DNA of 64,000 nucleotides from Octopus bimaculoides (Eukaryota), in NCBI RefSeq assembly GCF_001194135.2, contig NC_068995.1, positions 20,747,629 through 20,811,628 of the forward strand, read 5' to 3'. Under the pieces are notes generated by a model. The model had not been told where the DNA came from, searched no databases, and saw nothing but the letters and a program-made list of their open reading frames with translations. Below, piece by piece: positions 12,308 to 26,859 of the stretch. Made by a program: the position numbers and the translations under genes. Every line of letters starts with the position of its first letter. Position 1 is the stretch's first letter.

Positions 12308-12900
12308 GTGCAGATTTCGGGTTCAGTCCCACTGTGCTGCACCCTGAACAATTGTTTTCTGCTCTAGTCCTAAGCCCGCAACATCTAGCCAGTGAATTTG
12401 CTTGACAGAAACTATGTGGAAGCGAGTGAGCTGGCAGAAACGTTACTCAGCCGGGCGAAATGCTTAGCAGTATTTCGTCCGCCGTTACGTTCTGAGCTCA
12501 AATTCCGCTGAGGTCGACTTTGCCTTTTATCCTTTCGAGGTCGATAAATTAAGTACCAGTTACGCACTGGAGTCGATGTAATCGACTTAATCTCTTTGTC
12601 TGTACTTGTCTATGTCTAGCCCCTTGTGGGCAATAAAGAAATAAGAAACTATGGGGAAGCCTCTACTGTATATATGTGTGTGAATATGCGTTTGTCTAAC
12701 CCACCACCGCTTGACAACAAATGCTGGTCTGTTTACTTCCCTTTCACCTAGCGGCTCAGTGAAAGACACTAATAAAATAAGTATCAGACTTTTAAAACGT
12801 AAGTACTGGGGTTGATTTATTCGTTTAATCACTTCACAGCGGTGCCCCAGCATGGCCGCAGTTGAATACCCGAAACAAATAAAAGATAAAATATAACGAT
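12308..12900 (+). mobile_element. Old composite SINE, family B, interrupted by a family A SINE
   Basis: gggttcagtcccactg head, GT-rich spacer, and 3' module cgcttgacaac..gctggt..tgtttac..ccagcatggccgcag, homologous to 28777-29183. Confidence 0.7.
12424..12643 (+). mobile_element. SINE family A (tail type 2), nested in family B
   Basis: 17-bp TSD agaaactatg(t/g)ggaagc at 12407-12423 and 12644-12660, with one mismatch. Confidence 0.88.
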
Positions 12901-13316
12901 AAAGCATATTCATTGGTAAAGATATTGAAGTAAATGCAATTTCATTTCATTTTCAGAGAATAATATATTAAAAACATGAGTGAGCCACTGTTCAAGAGAA
13001 TAGGCTATTCCTGTAAAAGAAGCCCCTACAATGGATATGGCTTGAGACCCAAAATACTATAACACTCCCTGCCATTATCTTGCGTATAAAGAAAAAAAAA
13101 ATCTTTCAACATATTCCCTACAACATTTTCCCGTATCAGTAACTCTTGACCTGCAAACCAGTTGCACATTTAATAGAAATTTGTGTTTAGTTTGTGAATT
13201 GCTGAAGCTCAAAAACCGTTTGTGAAACTTGAGGTTAAAGGCAATCGCCGTATACAGCTTAACATGTCAGAACGCCGAGCACTGCAATATTCGCCTTGAG
13301 CGCATGTATATATATA

Positions 13317-13364
<48 letters not shown>

Positions 13365-13368
13365 AAGA

Positions 13369-13410
<42 letters not shown>

Positions 13411-13639
13411 TAGAGAAAGAGAAAGATAAATATATGTATATAGTCGCTCATGGTCTCAGTTCTTCACCTCCATTTATCTATCTCGCTCCCAAACACATGT
13501 ACACACACCATACATCTTTCACATTTCAGTAGCCCTACTCTCTAGCCACCCATATAACTCTACATCGTTTAACTCATTACCCACACCAAATGCACCATTA
13601 TGCCCCTTCAGCATATACATACACACGCTCACACATTAT

Positions 13640-13920
13640 CCTTACACACATACTAGGGCACAGACACTAGTCAGGTCACTGTTGTCTTCCTTACTACCCA
13701 CGTCTCCAGTCACTCACTTCTTTCCAGTCAATTTAATATGTGCAACCACTAATTCAGACACGATTTTTTCTCTTCATTTGGTTTCTTTCCTTATTCCTTT
13801 CTTAAGAAGAGCGCGGGCGCGAAACGTCAGTCTTTCATTTTTCTTGAACATGAAAGTAATACATCCTGTATCATGTTCCCTCACCTGTCTGTGTATTTTG
13901 CTTTTTTGTATTATTTTTTA
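13640..13920 (+). mobile_element. Possible Penelope-like terminal fragment with a decayed hammerhead-like core
   Basis: 13801-13828 CTTAAGAA-GAGC gcgg GCGC-GAAA-CG-TC resembles the CTGAAGAA..GAAACGTC motif of PLE hammerheads. Stem I is not recoverable. Confidence 0.3.
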
Positions 13921-13926
13921 GTCACA

Positions 13927-13992
<66 letters not shown>

Positions 13993-14525
13993 ATGGGGTT
14001 TAGTTCACAGGTGATCTAAACGATTAGGTACGCTACGTAAGTGTTGTAACGGATTACTTGATCTCCAAGGTTATAGTCAAGACGGTAGTTATGGAACCAT
14101 TGCAGATTTCCGATATAGCGGATATATAATTGTTAAAGAGGTAAGGCAAACATCTCAAGTCATATACATTAATATTATTGGCGGGGAAAAAGGTTAAAGT
14201 CCTGATACTGTAAATATCCTACATGGATTTACGTAGAATTGCACCTAAGGACGTACGGACTTACTTCTACACAATAGGAAAGTTGAACTGTGAACTTTTA
14301 TGCTTCTTTTTTCTTCTCTTTCTTCATCTCCTTATTCTTTTACTCCTGTCCTCTATGTCGTCATTTCATTAATTCATACCCGTCTCATTTTCCCTATTTG
14401 TCTCTGACGACGGAATATCCCATACGCTGGGATGTACCAGAAACAGCTGTAGGACTTTGAATTTTTCCCCAATAATAATAATGTATATGGCTTGAGATGT
14501 TTGCCTTGCCTTAATGATTGTTGTC

Positions 14526-14603
<78 letters not shown>

Positions 14604-16410
14604 GTATTACTCCATTGCGAGTTTCCTGTATTGCCATATAAAGTCGCGAAGTGCTACATGTTTTTATGACAAATTGTGACACTATATTCTAATATAACAT
14701 ATTACTATATTTCTTTATATTTTATATATGCGCATAAAGAAATACTATACACACACACAACACACACATTCACATAATCACGCATACACACGCACACATA
14801 CATTTTGATTGCTTGAATGTATAAGATAGGTAAATCTTGCCATAAGCTGGAAGAAGTTATATAAAAACAGAAATAAACATGACATAGAAAAGCCTACGGA
14901 ATCTATTTCGATTTAGTTTCAATAATACCCAAGTCATTCAACTGCTTTAACATATAATTCTTTCAAGAGCATAAAACAGCCTCTCTTTTCCATTATTTGA
15001 AGAAAAAGTATTTTTTAGAGATTTTTAAAGGGAGAAATATTTCATATAAACCAATTTAGACATATCTTGAAATTCTCTTTTAATTTTCCATAGAAACCAG
15101 ATCGCTCAACGTGTTGGAAATAGAAACAGCTTGTTTCTAAAATCATACCTTACCATATTTATAAGAGAGATATAAGACATTGGATAATTTAGTATAGTTT
15201 TAGGTGTGTCTGAGATGATGAGATAGTCGAGGCTGGAATGCCTTGCATCATAGGTGTATGCAATCAGAAAAAAAAATAACGTGTGCGAAACATTATCTTT
15301 GGCAGCAGACATCGGAAGGCACTCTACATGGTCGCTTATCCTGCTAGAAAGAAAAAGTTAAATCTTTCTCAAATCATAACCTACTGTCTTAAAAACATCA
15401 TAGCTTTTAGTGCACAGCAGAGAAGATAAAAGAGGAGATAATCTCGATTGGAGAATATTTACAGATTATGAAGAGAATTGTTTAGTTTACATGAGTCTTT
15501 GTCAACAATGGGTAATCAACTGACTTTTGGAAAGTTTTATTTAAGTCTCGTGACTCTCAGTTGTTTCGGTCCCTTACGAAATAAAATTGCATATGTCTGT
15601 GCCATGTTTTGGCTCGACAAAATTCGGGACTAAGCACGACCGTCAGGCAGCATCATATAAGAGCGATGAATGTGTGCTCCATCTCTGGCTGCCTCTCAGC
15701 CACCTCCCACTCTCTTTCGACGTGAAGGACTGGACTGGACTGAACTAGACCTCAAACATCTTATCCAGCCTGTCTGTCCACCGCCCTACAACTCTGGCCG
15801 ACGGCATGGATTTGTATCACTTAGTACCAACATGCAAATCAACAGATTTGAGCGTGTTACGGTTTTGCTCATCTCCATATATTTACTTATGCATCCATGC
15901 CATCCGACCCCTTGACATCAACAGTATAAGTTGAAACGCACTAGAACTACGTTCTAGTTTGATTGAGATGTCTTTCAACAATTTCAGATTTTTGCAGCAG
16001 CAGACCGAGATTTAATGCATAAAAATGTGCGAGGGAAGATACTCTTGACAGACAGAGTATGAGGTGGAAACGATTCCCAAAAGTAGCTGTTACCTCACAT
16101 CGTGGAGCAAAGGCTGTTTTGTGCATTGAAGTATTCGAATGCATGAAGACGAGAACAACTGTACCGATGACAACCACCATGTAATATTTGCTCCTTACAC
16201 AGAACAAGTTCAAAGATTCTGAGAGAGGGAGACAAGTTGAAGTGGACTTGAGTATTGAACTAGTGCTTATTGTATTGACCCAGAAGAATGAGAGTCAAAC
16301 CCAACTATAACGAAGTTTCAGATGAAAAAGTGAATATACTAATATAGCAATAGATATTCCTCCGAGGTTTCTACCGATTCTATCAATAATAACAATAATA
16401 ATAATAATAA

Positions 16411-16457
<47 letters not shown>

Positions 16458-16459
16458 AA

Positions 16460-16519
<60 letters not shown>

Positions 16520-16544
16520 CCTTTCTGCCATTGGTAAAGACCTG

Positions 16545-16718
16545 AAGATTTTGGGGAAGGAGTCAGTTGATTAAATCGACCCAGTACTCAATTAGTACTT
16601 ATCACCTCCAAAAGGATGAAAGTTAAAGTAGACCTCAGTACAATTTGAACTCAGAATGTAAATACGGACGAAATACCGCCAAGCATTTTACCCGTCATGC
16701 TAACGATTCTGCCAGCTA
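16545..16718 (-). mobile_element. SINE family A, diverged
   Basis: Reverse-strand core aaaggatgaaagttaaagtagacctc..tttgaactcagaa..gctaacgattctgccagct. Confidence 0.8.
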
Positions 16719-17690
16719 TAATAACCACAGCCACCTTGAGCCGGTTTCAATTGCTGTACCTATCTCCTTAATGGCTTTCTTCTGTTGCTTGAGTTCTATT
16801 TGCAGAAAATAGTTCCCTAATGTAGCTGAAAATGTGCGGCAACCGATTTCAACAGAGAATGAAGCCGCGTGTCATCCCTTGACAAGCACTTCATCGACCA
16901 AATCAGGACATTCGGTTTTCTCCAGCTGGTGCCAAATGCCAGACCTTTCCTCTTAGGGCACTGTGAGTTCAACCAAAATGGTTTGCATTAGTACTCCTGG
17001 ACATCAGGAATAAGTCCTGCCAGAGCGATTTTACTGCCACCACCTCTGAGAAAACGAGTCTATGCTTTAAGTTCACTACTCTGTGACTAGATGCAAAATA
17101 GCAAAACGGATCCGCTGCCGTTACTTTCGACTTGTTACATTTCCACAGAAATCTGATCCCTTTCAGTGGGAATGGTTATTTAGCGATTTCTTTAAGAACC
17201 TTGTCGTGCGTCCAATTGTGTTGTTCATTTCCTGTGTCCTAAGGTGTCCAATCAAAGATTAGTTCATGAAGCGAAGACTCGCTCCATACAGCTTGCAGGA
17301 ATAATCTTCCACCACGCCATATATTTTAAAGTTAATTGGAGTTAGCCAGAAAAAAAGAACCCTGGAATATTGCTAGTCAATATTCCAGGATTCTTTTCAG
17401 GACTGGAGGGCGCTCCACTGACTCATCCCACTGCATTGATGATACCAGGTCGGCAAACTCTACTGCTATTTATGCGGCGAATCGTACATTCTGTACACTA
17501 TGAACTCTTTCGCCTGGCATTGGTATTTTACCAGCTCTTGGCGCTGTATATGCTAAGTCTTTTCGTCTTTGTCAGAAAACTCCAACAATCTTCCAGTGCT
17601 TCCAGTTCGTTTCTCTTTCCCACACATCTTCCCAGAGCTTTCTCCTTGTGGCGTCATGTTGCAGTGTCTGACTTTCTCGCCACCAGAGAG
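16719..17690 (-). pseudogene. Fossil HERO-like RLE non-LTR retrotransposon (C-terminal ORF region)
   Basis: Manual minus-strand translation gives TRRKLW..KIVG, HNWTHDKVLKEIA, TILVELTVP*EE, FSVEIGCRTF and KKAIKEIGTAIETGSRWLWL. These match, in order, the HERO-clade motifs WRHDKVL, ELTVPWEE, VEVGCRGF and SxWLWL. Multiple stops and frameshifts. Confidence 0.75.
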
Positions 17691-17738
17691 TAGCATGTGC
17701 TGACTGCTATTATCATAGACATGACATACGTATTTGTA

Positions 17739-17831
<93 letters not shown>

Positions 17832-19313
17832 CACATATATACATATACATAAATACACACTTGTGTGTGTGTGTATGTATATATGTGTATATATGTATAT
17901 ATACATACATATATGTATATGGTTGTATGAATATGTGCGTGCATATATTCTATATATATACATATATATATATACAAACATAATACATACATACGTTCAT
18001 AAATATATATATATACATAAGTACATACATAAATACATTCACAAACAATACACACGTGTTTCTAATATACATATGCATCTACAAAAATTCCTCCCATATG
18101 TGTGTGTGTGCGTGCGCGCGTGTGCGTGTGTGTACAATGGTCCCCAAAGAAAATGAGATGATAAAACAAAACTGAACAGTAAACTCTGGGGTTATCAGTA
18201 TTATATCAACGGCAACTTCAATTCGTTTCATGTCGATGGTTTCACTCGTTTGTTTGTGTAAAGTTTTTCATGTGGTTTATCTTTGAGATAAGTAAAAAAA
18301 AACTATAGCCACATGGACGATAACAACAACAACAGCAACAACAACACTAGCAACAATTGAAATGATAATGGCAGCCATCAATAACAGAAGCAGCAGCAAC
18401 AAAAACAACACCGACAATAATAATGATAGCCAACAACAGCACGTGCAATTATAACAATGGCATGACTGCTACACCACCACCACCACCACCACCACCACCA
18501 AAGCCAGCATCAACAGCAACATCTGCAATAGTATGATATCAATGAAGGTCATTAATTGTCGCTNNNNNNNNNNNNNNNNNNNNNNNNNNNNNNNNNNNNN
18601 NNNNNNNNNNNNNNNNNNNNNNNNNNNNNNNNNNNNNNNNNNNNNNNNNNNNNNNNNNNNNNNNNNNNNNNNNNNNNNNNNNNNNNNNNNNNNNNNNNNN
18701 NNNNNNNNNNNNNNNNNNNNNNNNNNNNNNNNNNNNNNNNNNNNNNNNNNNNNNNNNNNNNNNNNNNNNNNNNNNNNNNNNNNNNNNNNNNNNNNNNNNN
18801 NNNNNNNNNNNNNNNNNNNNNNNNNNNNNNNNNNNNNNNNNNNNNNNNNNNNNNNNNNNNNNNNNNNNNNNNNNNNCCACCACCACCGCCACCACCACCA
18901 CCACCACCACCACCAAAGCCAGCATCAACAGCAACATCTGCAATAGTATGATATCAATGAAGGTCATTAATTGTCGCTGAAATAAGGAATCATGAAATTA
19001 TAAATCAAAAGAAGAGGGTTAAAAAAGAAAGAAACTATAACGCTATAGTATAGCACGCAGACACACGCATGCTCATTCACACACACACATATAACAAACT
19101 ACAATATGGGCAGACAGGAAATAAAGCGCACATTTTGTAAATTCTATAACTTGCGTAAACATATACAAGCACACGCATACACAAATGCACAGACCAACAG
19201 ACATTACGTTCACTTAAATAACACAGCGTTCTTATATCTGTGAAAAGTTCTGCAATACATACATACATACATACATATATATATGTGTGAGTATGTGTGT
19301 GTGTGCGCGGGTT

Positions 19314-19655
19314 GTGGAGGCGCAATGGCCCAGTGGTTAGGGCAGCGGACTCGCGGTCATAGGATCGCAGTTTCGATTCCCAGACCGGCTGTTGTGAGTG
19401 TTTATTGAGCGAAAACACCTAAAGCTCTACGAGGCTCAGGCAGGGGATGGTGGCGAACCCTGCTGTACTTTTTCACCACAACTTTCTCTCACTCTTACTT
19501 CCTGTTTCTGTTGTACTTGTAATTCAAAGGGTCAGCCTTGTCACACTGTTTCACGCTGAATATCCCCGAGAACTACGTTTAGGGTACACGTGTCTCTGGA
19601 GTGCTCAGCCACTTGCACGTTAATTTCACGAGCAGGCTGTTCCATTGATCGGATC
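19314..19655 (+). mobile_element. tRNA-derived SINE, family C, truncated by a gap
   Basis: Near-identical to 6980-7320. Confidence 0.9.
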
Positions 19656-19961
19656 ANNNNNNNNNNNNNNNNNNNNNNNNNNNNNNNNNNNNNNNNNNNN
19701 NNNNNNNNNNNNNNNNNNNNNNNNNNNNNNNNNNNNNNNNNNNNNNNNNNNNNNNNNNNNNNNNNNNNNNNNNNNNNNNNNNNNNNNNNNNNNNNNNNNN
19801 NNNNNNNNNNNNNNNNNNNNNNNNNNNNNNNNNNNNNNNNNNNNNNNNNNNNNNNNNNNNNNNNNNNNNNNNNNNNNNNNNNNNNNNNNNNNNNNNNNNN
19901 NNNNNNNNNNNNNNNNNNNNNNNNNNNNNNNNNNNNNNNNNNNNNNNNNNNNNNNNNNNNN

Positions 19962-20001
<40 letters not shown>

Positions 20002-21591
20002 GCTTAGCTGACCGATGGCTTAGCTGGTCGAAACTTCGAAGTTACTGTCAACGATATTCTCGGATAAGAGTAATAAAATTTGTTCACTACAAAAGTATAG
20101 AGTTGCTCATCAGGTTAATGCAAAATTATTTTTATTATAACTGAACATAAGAACAAACATTAATATATATAGATGTAGGCATGTATATATATGTATGGAT
20201 ATATGCATATATCTATATTATTTATATTATTATATGATCGAACGCCACGCATCCTTTTCCAAGTATATATATATATATTAATGTTTGATTTTATGTTCAT
20301 ATATATAATTAATAAAAAAAAAAAACGGAGAGAAAAAGCCAAGAAGAAACAACGCGAGGACGTGGTACAAGACGTGGTACAAGACGCTCAGAGATATATA
20401 TTGTACATACAGAGATAGCTACTGACCTATATGCATATATCTACATATATTCAGGTATTTGAATACATTGCATACATTCACGCACATACACATACACATG
20501 CATATGTATATATATATATATATGTATGTATGTATATATGTACGTCTGTATATGTTTATGCACATGTACCTTCATACATAATCATATTCCTTAAAGGCTC
20601 ACATACACACAAATCATATCAAAGCAGCTGGTAATTGATACTCAGTAGCGAATATTGGAATTGGATAATAATTAAAGCTCCTTCTCGTTGGTTACTTCAG
20701 ATCCCGTGGTGAAACTGGTTTCTTGGTAACTGATAACAACTTACGAATGGGCGGTAAATAAGATTTCCCATTCATGGTTCTGTGTGTTATACTTCTCTTT
20801 CATTAATGCAGCGAAGTCCCCAGTCTCTGTTCCATCGTAGCTCTTCAGCATCGAAGAGAACTTTACCTTCTGATTTGACCTAGTAGGAGTAATGATGGTA
20901 TATAAGTAAAGTTCTGGTGTTTATGACTATGCCAATATTGAGGTCACAAATGTGTGTCAGTTGTCTCCTAAAGTCTAGGGCTTTAAGGAAGCTTGCTGAC
21001 ATTTATACTTTTAAATTTCTTGCAAAAGATAAGGACTATGTTAACTCTGGAAAGTTGCCTCCCATTCAACAGATGTTTCCATTCGTCTAGATATCGATTC
21101 CACCTCATGCACGAATCTTACTTCTCATCCAACGACAATCACCAAGTATTAAGCGACTGACCGATCATCTATTGCATCTATGCAACCATATGTAACACAA
21201 TTCTTAGTCAAGCTTTTAATGCAAATATTTAAACTACCCGTCATGTGTAGAGTTGTCTTTTGTTTCGTTTGAACTCTTACAAATGTATGTGTGTATGTAT
21301 GTATTATGTGAGTGTACGTAGACTTATATAGAATATGTTTACATGAAGTATCTGTGAACATGTTGACGTTCCAATCCATTAAACTTCTCGTATGATTTTG
21401 TGAAAAATTTATTAAAACACAGTTCAAGTATTATGTGTGTTTATGTAATTGTGTGCTAGTGCCTATATATATATATATATATATATATNNNNNNNNNNNN
21501 NNNNNNNNNNNNNNNNNNNNNNNNNNNNNNNNNNNNNNNNNNNNNNNTATATGTTGTTGTACTTGGGGATGGTCATATTGCCAGTTTAGCC

Positions 21592-21633
<42 letters not shown>

Positions 21634-23128
21634 TAGACATATAGCTAGCTAACCAGCGAGATAGATATGCGTTTGTAAGTATATGTATGTGAACGTGTGT
21701 ATATAAAGAGTAGTTAATACCGATACTCACACAGATTAAGTCATATGGATTGTGACAGGAGCTGGGTTTGGTATTCAGGTGTGACTCTACAGATTTCACT
21801 TTGTGTGAATATAATGCAATTAGGTGCCATCTTGTGCGTGTTGGACTTGTGTCATTCGCGGTATTCGTATTTTAAGTAAAGACGGCAGATCTTCATTTTA
21901 TGTTTGAAGCTAATAGTTATGTTCAATAGAAACTATTTAATCTTGGGAACGTGTATGAGATTTCATTGGTAATTTCTTTATCACATTGAATAGCGTGAAA
22001 TTTTATTGAGTTGAACCTTAAACATAAATGATATCAATAGCAATAAATAGAATACCGATATGGCTACAGAGTTTCAATAAGCAATGAAATCTTAATGGGA
22101 TCTGTGTTTCTGATGTTTCATATGCATGAACGCATTTTGTTGTGACGGAGAAGGATGTGTTACTAAATTGCGAGAAATTTGGTGAAAGGCGTATCATTTC
22201 CTAAACGATTAAATGAAGGAACTTTCCCCCGATCTGATGACCTGCTTTAATTAGCAGTCAATTCTCCCTCAAATCAAGACTAAAGCCTTAAAAAGAAAAG
22301 GAATGTCATATTAGATAATCCAGTGTTAAATATATCATACTTGAAAAAAGTCTGCATGATCATTGCTGGAATATTTTGACCATAGAGTTACTCATCTGGG
22401 ACTGTTTATAATTTGAAAGAAAAACAAATAACACAACGATTTTTATTCATTAGATGATCTAAAATTCAGAAATTGTGAAATTTTTACAAATTAAAATACA
22501 GAATCCTATGGTTGAAATCCATCGTGATCTTTGTAATATCTAGAATATTTGAGCAACAAGGAATCTCCATGCACCCATCCCAGGCTTGTGACTTGCAGCA
22601 GTCGCTCTAATAACATTATGAAAAGCTGTAGCTGCGCAAGTATTGGCCTAAAGAGTCACAACCGAAGCTGTTGCTCAAACACTACTCGCCCACACGTGCA
22701 AAATCCATTGTCTCCTAAAAAAGATGGATGCCAGAGAAAAGAGTGTTACGTAAGTGTGGTTTTAAGTTATGCCATTTAGAAACTATTCCACTCACGAATC
22801 CTAACATTTGTGTTGGGGCAGTCAATAATTTAGCACAAAGAAGACGTTTCTATGAAGGTCAGTTATATCCGCTTCATATTAATTACAATTTCCAGGTTAG
22901 AGACTACTTCGTTTTTACGGGTTGTTTATAAAGTCATGGGAGTTCAAATAGTGTAACCAGTCTCATTATATGCTTGTATGGAAGAATCTATGTGTGTGTG
23001 CGTGTATGTATTTGTGTATGTATGAGAGGTAGAGAGAAAGAGGGAGAGAGATTTTATGTATATATGTATATATATATATCCGTATATATTAATATATATG
23101 TATATATTAATGTACATTATATATATTA

Positions 23129-23189
<61 letters not shown>

Positions 23190-23217
23190 TATCTATCTAT
23201 CTCTATATATATATATA

Positions 23218-23257
<40 letters not shown>

Positions 23258-24192
23258 ACACACACACACATATATATATATACTCTCACACACACATTAA
23301 CTCAACCTTATATTTAGAAATCCGGGCACTGTTTTCTATTACAAATCTTGTCTGTTAGCAACTACCTTGAATTGTATTACGAACTTAGATCTTGAAGAAT
23401 AACATACATGCATGCACGCACGCATACACGCACACACATACACACACACACGCACGTACAAACACGCACACACATATACACAAACAAACAAGCACACACA
23501 CACACACACATTATTACTTCCAAACCTATAGGGAGAAAAGAAAACTAGACTTTTATACAGGTAGACAAATGTCTGCCTTGATAATCACGTTGTGTATATC
23601 TTGGATTTTTGTTCGAGAAACACAAGACTGCTTTTCTATTATATTCCTTAGGGTATTTTTACTTTATGATGCTGTCTTCTCACCTACAAGAAGCTCGGGA
23701 GATAGACATACAAAGATACAAAGTCAAAGAGAGTAAGAGAGAGAGAGAGAGAGAGAGAGAGATTAACGACGTGCTGACTTCATTTGTTGACCTCGAAAGG
23801 GCAGAAATAATCTTTGACCTTGTCGTTATTTGAACTCAGGTTGCAGACAGCTAAAGAAAATGCCAGAAGGCATTTTTTCTGACGTGACGCTCTACCGACT
23901 CTGCCAATTCCCTGCCGTGGGACAGATATAGGAGGAAAGAATCATATCAAAGTAGAACATTTTAGATATTATTGTACAAAGAGAAAATTAATTTACATGC
24001 ATATATAATGAGAGAGAGGGAGGAAGGGGAGGGGAGAGAGAGGTTGAGAGAGTAAATGTAGGAGAGAGAACAAGAGTGATAATAGACTGAAAGAGAGAGG
24101 GTGATATGCCAAATAAGTTATGCATCTACACAGATATCTTGTATGTATGTGCATTATATAAACGCGAATGCATTCAGGACTGCGAGTATGCA

Positions 24193-24264
<72 letters not shown>

Positions 24265-24428
24265 AATGTATTCACATATCTATGCGTATGTGGTGTATGA
24301 ATGCTTGCATCTACAGACGCACATATGCACAAGCTCACGTACACATGCATATACATATACAAATATATACAGATGTATGTACATAATGTCAGAAAAAGAA
24401 TAAGAGACAGAGAGTGAGGATGAAGAAG

Positions 24429-24607
<179 letters not shown>

Positions 24608-25220
24608 AGAAAAATGTTGTGCTTAGTGGATTATGATGCGTGGTGTAATAAAACATTGTTGATTATACAAACAATGGTCAGATCCCTCTGGCATAAAAAC
24701 ATATTCGATCGAGCAATACAGAATGGTGTTATCGTAGAACTGGGAGATATTATACGGGAAAAGGCGGCGCAACAGATGTTAGTGGTAAGGAGCGGTAAGG
24801 TGAGTTGAGAGGAGAGCAAAGAGAAGAGAATGAGGGAGAGGAAGATATTTANNNNNNNNNNNNNNNNNNNNNNNNNNNNNNNNNNNNNNNNNNNNNNNNN
24901 NNNNNNNNNNNNNNNNNNNNNNNNNNNNNNNNNNNNNNNNNNNNNNNNNNNNNNNNNNNNNNNNNNNNNNNNNNNNNNNNNNNNNNNNNNNNNNNNNNNN
25001 NNNNNNNNNNNNNNNNNNNNNNNNNNNNNNNNNNNNNNNNNNNNNNNNNNNNNNNNNNNNNNNNNNNNNNNNNNNNNNNNNNNNNNNNNNNNNNNNNNNN
25101 NNNNNNNNNNNNNNNNNNNNNNNNNNNNNNNNNNNNNNNNNNNNNNNNNNNNNNNNNNNNNNNNNNNNNNNNNNNNNNNNNNNNNNNNNNNNNNNNNNNN
25201 NNNNNNNNNNNNNNNNNNNN

Positions 25221-25348
<128 letters not shown>

Positions 25349-26217
25349 CATCATCAACATCCTCATCATCATCATTATTATTTTTATTGTTGTTGTTGTT
25401 TTCGTTTCCCATTGTTACTGTTATGGCTGTTATTTGTTGACGGTATCAGAAGACCTGGCTGGTCTATGAGACTCCTAAACATTTGTAGGAATTATTTTTT
25501 TTATTAAATTTTTTTTTTTTTTAAGGGAAATTGGTAAGAGTTGTGTATTTGTGACTTTGTTTCCTTTGAAGTAGAGGTGCCAAAGAGGAAAAATGATCCG
25601 CAGACATTTTTTTTTTCCCAACATAGAGCATGTTGAATATTTTATCCTCCTTCATTTCCCTGGATTATCAACAAACAAAAGATTGGGAAGCTTTTATGAT
25701 CAGCCATCTGAATTAAATTAGTATTATCTACTGAACGACAGGGGCAATAGAACGGCGGACAAAGTACAGGGCCAGACTTCTATTTACTTATATCAGTTTA
25801 TGTTCTCAAATCAAATCCCTGAGGCCACGGTTGCCTTTTATTCTACGGGATCGATACAATATATATTACGTATGGAGTTGAGACCATTAAAATCAACTAC
25901 ATCTCTTATGAAGATCATTTAACACGCTATCTTGGAACCAAGATCAGATAGTAATTGCTTTATGCCATGAATCTTATTAAGCATGATTGTAGCGTTAACA
26001 AAGTTATAGCGTTCTAAGGGACCAATCATTGAATCATTGCATCTACCATGATGAAAGTCAGGAGGAAGGTTCTGAGTAAATCGGACGGAATTAACACCAC
26101 AAGTTATGTTCAATTTACTATCGGCAATTTTCTGGATGATAAGTTTATCTCTCGACAATGAACACAATATACTTACTTATATGCATTTCCTTTTCTCTCT
26201 CTTTCTCTTTCTTTATT

Positions 26218-26248
<31 letters not shown>

Positions 26249-26254
26249 TTTTCC

Positions 26255-26263
26255 ATGTATCTT

Positions 26264-26322
<59 letters not shown>

Positions 26323-26397
26323 GTCTGTTGTCTGTCTGTCTGTCTATCCATCCATCCATCCATCCATCCATCCATCTATCCATCCATCCATCCATCC

Positions 26398-26458
<61 letters not shown>

Positions 26459-26460
26459 AT
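26255..26460. repeat. (TCTA)n/(TCCA)n tetranucleotide array
   Basis: Direct tandem runs. Confidence 0.95.
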
Positions 26461-26859
26461 TTTCTGTTTGTCAGTCTGTGTATCTGTCAGTCTGTCCGCC
26501 TGTCTGCCTGTCTTCGTCACTATTTATATATCTGTCTGTACCTGTCCTTTTTTTCTTTGCTCTTTTCCCCCCTTCTCCCTCTATATATTTCTATGCATAC
26601 ATACGCACATGTATATATTCGTATACGCACACATCACTGCATTAATATATGCGTTACGATATATGAGAGTATGTAATATAAATTAAAATAGATGTCACAA
26701 ATACTTTCAGAATACTTTACAAAATATCTTACAGTATGTTTCACTGTAGGTTCGAATATTTGTCATAAAATTTGTTTTAGTAGGTGTTACAATATTTGAT
26801 ATGGTTTACAAAATATATTGGTTTCACAATGTGACACATGGCCAGGAATTTCAGAGGAA

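Noticed and set aside
18472-18978. About 90-bp exact direct repeat (18472-18563 and 18890-18978) with poly-Pro/His frames
   Set aside because: Identical copies on the two edges of one gap next to (CCA)n; most likely an unmerged contig overlap.
24614-24808. 64-aa ORF ending near a strong donor AAG|GTGAGT
   Set aside because: No convincing acceptor, no recognisable homology, and it is sandwiched between AG repeats and a gap.
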